A program made the translations under genes and the position numbers. A stretch of 64,000 nucleotides of DNA from Tubulanus polymorphus (lineage: Eukaryota > Animalia > Nemertea): assembly GCF_964204645.1 (NCBI RefSeq), contig NC_134035.1, positions 3,162,001 to 3,226,000 of the forward strand. Direction: 5' to 3'. Within the stretch, counting starts at the first letter, position 1. Each line of letters starts with the position of its first letter. Below are positions 60,901-64,000 of the stretch, in pieces. The notes under the pieces are model-generated. The model was not told the DNA's origin. It did not search any database and saw nothing but the letters and a program-made list of their open reading frames with translations.

Positions 60901-63900
60901 CCCTAGCCTATATCTGTAACTGTGTATCAGTCATCTCTCCCTGGAGAGAAGTGATATTGGTATTATTACCCCTAGTCTATATCTGTAACTGTGTATCAGT
61001 CATCTCTCCCTGGGGAGAAGTAACATCCAACATCCGAGCAGCTGCTAAGCGCTTGGGAGTCATCCATCAGGCCAGGTACCCATTTACTCCTGGGTGGAGA
61101 GAGGCGCTAAGGATAAGTGTCTTGCTCGAGGACACTACGGTAATGTACGGTGGTTCGAACCCATGACCTGGCTTCCCTGAGTGGAATTCTCTAACCACTT
61201 GCCCACCCCGCTCACTCAAACTAGAGTTTTTTTCTCCATTCATGGTTCGTATAAATGTAAATATTCTTCAGGCTGAGGCTTCGTAGATGATTGTAATTAG
61301 TTTCGTTAAGCAACAAAGTTGTGCGGTATCATCGGTTCAGTTGTCTTCTAATAGAACCTAATAGCTTGAAGCCATGTTTTATGTGAAAGACTGCTTGAAA
61401 TCAGTCACTCGGTCGCAGTTTGTATCGATGCGAATATTCTTTGGACTGAGTTCATCGCAGATGATGAGTACACAGTCAGGTTCATAGAAAGTTACGCAGT
61501 ATCTTCATTTCAATTATCTGCGAAATGAATCACGCCGCGTGAAACCATGTTTCCAGTGAAACTAAGAATGTTAGGAAAACATTACTTAGTCATGTTGCTT
61601 CATCATATCGTAACCAATCGAGCGTTTAGAAGATTATTATGTAGCATCGTCGGTTCAACTGACGTCGGAATCTTAGCATTAAGCCTTATTTCGGTTTTCA
61701 AGCTTGAATCTAATTGATCAAAACCATAGCGTCCAGCGACTCAGTTTCACTAAGAATTTCCATCATGGAAACGTCGTTTCTGGTAGTAATTAAGAACTTG
61801 TTTCTTGTATCTAATATGCTCGATTCTTTTTGAAATTTTTCAGGAAGCTACCAAACCGCAGAATCGCGCCGTGCGTCCGTGGATAATCATGCTCGGCCAT
61901 CGTCCGATGTATTGCGGAAACCGTGACAACGATATGTGCACTAAGAACGAAAACTTGGTCAGTTTCACTATTTTCAAATGAGTTTATCTTAGATGGTACC
62001 GGCGAAATGAATCGGGGAATTTGGATATGCTATCGACCACCCATTTCATTTTAAAGCGAGAAATTTCTTCATTCACCTGCGGCAGATTCATTCGTGTCAA
62101 AATCGGGAAATACTCCTGGGAATTTTAAAATCAGCGTAAAGTGGCCACTCTGCTCTGTTTGTCATAGCAAAACATGCAGCCTCTGTAAATCCCTCAGTTT
62201 GAATTTTGTGAAGATCTATTTGAAAAATTTACCTGGTTTTCAACTTTGAAAGCGATATATCTACACTCCTGACACTACCGGGTAAGATGTAGATTCGGTA
62301 CTGTAGTAAAATCCGTACTCTCATTCAACTCGGTGGATTTTTTGGCTCAAATTTATTTTGAAAACCTACCATTTCCTCGGATCTCTACTCACAGTCCCAA
62401 CGTTGAGTATAGTTCACTGTAGTCAGTTTATTGATTGTAGGTTCGTAATGGTTATTGGGGTGTTTTCGGTCTGGAGAAGTTGTTGTATTCGTACGGCGTT
62501 GATCTGGCTATTTGGGCGCACGAGCACTCGTATGAAAGACTGTGGCCTATTTACGACTTCAAGGTATGAAAATATTTACATGTACACGTGTCACCATAGA
62601 CTCACTGACTCCAACATGGCAAGGGTCAGATTGGTGTAAAAAATGTCAAGTCTTGTTATGTTGTAGATCCTGTTGACTTGTTATGTTGTTGATCAGGTTG
62701 TGTTGATTTGTTGTAGATCCTGTTGTGTTGATATGTTGTAGATTGTGGTGTCTAATTATGCCGTCTTTATTTCAAAATGTTGTTTTATGACTAGGTTTAC
62801 AATGGAACTCCTACTGCTTATACGAATCCGAAGGCTCCGGTACATATTACCACCGGATCTGCTGTGAGTATTAGAATAGAAAAGTGACCGTTATTGCGGG
62901 GTGGCCTCTTTACTGGAGATGAGGGAAAAGACGGAATTTTCTTTCCTTTATAAAAGTCTGGGCATAGTCACAGTCAGGGAATTCAGTAAAGGAGCTTAGA
63001 ATCAGGGAAAACTCAGGAAATAGTCATGGAAATTGGTAGAGATAGTAAGATCACGCATTTATAATCAGACGGCGCATTCTACCATTTTCCAGTTCCGTCA
63101 TATTCCGGAAAGTACAATTCTACCGACTTCCAGTTTCCTAATAATTCTATCGTATTCTAGGTGTTTTAGATTCTCGGGCGTTTTCGACGAAATCAAATAT
63201 CTGATACATTTTCTAGGGCTGCAAAGAAAAGCTGGATCCGTTTAAGAAGACGCCGCCGGCGTGGTCCGCAGTACGTTTAGATGATTACGGATACACGCGG
63301 TTACAAATACACAACTCGACTCATATCTTCCTTCAACAAGTATCCGATGACAAGGTAAGAAATATTAGTGTATATTCCTTAATGGGCCCACTCGTAAAGT
63401 AGTGTAAGCAGAATGATGATACATGTAGTATCTTTATTTATCTCCTTTTAAACAGTTTCAAACATTTTGATAAATACATATAACGGATTATGAATATAAG
63501 GAGAAAGAACAATGAGACGAATAAAACCCACAATCGAAGTACAGTAAAAGTCTGTTGTAACGCCACTGTTGGGACCAATGATAAACATGGTGTCATAACG
63601 AATTTGGCAATGTTGTAAAGAATGGTATTTCCATCGAATTTGAGTTGGATTGGGCAAATTTCTCTGAAAATTTTTGGCATTAAGTGAGCAGTTGCATTAA
63701 AAAGGATGGCAGCGTTATGAGAGACTTTGACTGTAATTCTACAAGAGGATTTTGACGTCTCAACTCAAACGTTATGAGCCATTTTCATGAACTCTTTTCT
63801 TGTTAAATGGCTCAAAGCGTTTGAATTTAAACGTCGAAATCTTTGTAAAGTTTTTCTTTGATAGTAGGGTTTAATTCTTCAACTGAATCAGACGTTCTAA

Positions 63901-64000
63901 TTGTCCATGAAAATCGTTAGTGTAAGCAGATTCTTAACTGTCAAAAGATAGGTGGTTTAAATCGCTATTTTTGCGGGTTTTCTATTTTTAGGGTGGAAAA
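54963..64000 (+). CDS. ACP7: Acid phosphatase type 7 (purple acid phosphatase); last exon runs off the window
   Basis: Exons 54963-55083 (signal peptide, PEQIHISY), 56569-56763 (MTVTWLT..YIHRAVLSDLKPG), 57374-57556 (FGDMG), 57805-57830 (GDFAYD), 57916-58013 (PYMTCVGNHE), 59384-59458, 59706-59820, 61844-61957 (RPWIIMLGHRPMYC), 62441-62563 (WAHEHSYER), 62795-62863 (PVHITTGSA), 63217-63354, 63992-end. All five purple acid phosphatase metal-binding blocks are present. Confidence 0.95.
56260..56442. repeat. ~27-bp tandem repeat
   Basis: ACCCAAAACAGAAAATTGAGAGAAATA-like units, ~6 copies. Confidence 0.8.
58487..58532 (-). ncRNA. Minimal type I hammerhead ribozyme motif (left pLTR)
   Basis: Exact reverse complement of 59105-59150. 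Confidence 0.85.
59105..59150 (+). ncRNA. Minimal type I hammerhead ribozyme motif (right pLTR)
   Basis: TTATTC-CTGAAGA-T-GACTAT-taggat-ATAGTC-GAAAC-GTT-GAATAA. Stem I 6 bp, stem II 6 bp, intact core, palindromic stem III. Predicted cleavage after GUU (59144). Confidence 0.85.
60028..61020. repeat. 69-bp minisatellite, ~14 copies
   Basis: Unit TATCAGTCATCTCTACCTGGAGAGAAGTGATATTGGTATTATGACCCCTAGCCTATATCTGTAACTGTG, contiguous with the SINE to its right. Confidence 0.97.
61021..61213 (-). mobile_element. tRNA-derived SINE with a Meta-SINE-like central domain
   Basis: Minus strand: A-box TGGGCAAGTGG, B-box GGTTCGAACC, then GTGTCCTCGAGCAAGACACTT...CTCTCTCCACCCAGGAGTAAATGGGTACC, matching my recollection of the conserved Meta domain. 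Confidence 0.75.

Noticed and set aside
60028-61020. CRISPR-like 69-bp periodicity
   Set aside because: The whole unit repeats and there is no variable spacer.

Overview
Intron-rich, AT-rich animal genomic DNA, probably an invertebrate (species not determinable from sequence), with GT-AG introns and CpG-rich exons. There are six conserved genes: the 5' part of a Tectonic gene (-), NCAPD3 (-), PDHX (+, head-to-head with NCAPD3), an intronless STRAD pseudokinase (-), a prenylcysteine oxidase 1-like gene (+, head-to-head with STRAD) and acid phosphatase type 7 (+, running off the window). A small two-death-domain gene lies antisense inside an NCAPD3 intron. The introns contain many MITE-like elements, a tRNA-derived SINE, LINE fragments and TE-derived tandem arrays. 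The most notable non-coding signal is a set of minimal type I hammerhead ribozyme motifs from at least four sequence families, carried in palindromic Penelope-like elements. One young insertion (58388-59213) retains a GIY-YIG-like C-terminus, two intact ribozyme motifs in 227-bp inverted arms and an 11-bp flanking duplication. All exon coordinates and family assignments were made by eye, without database searches.
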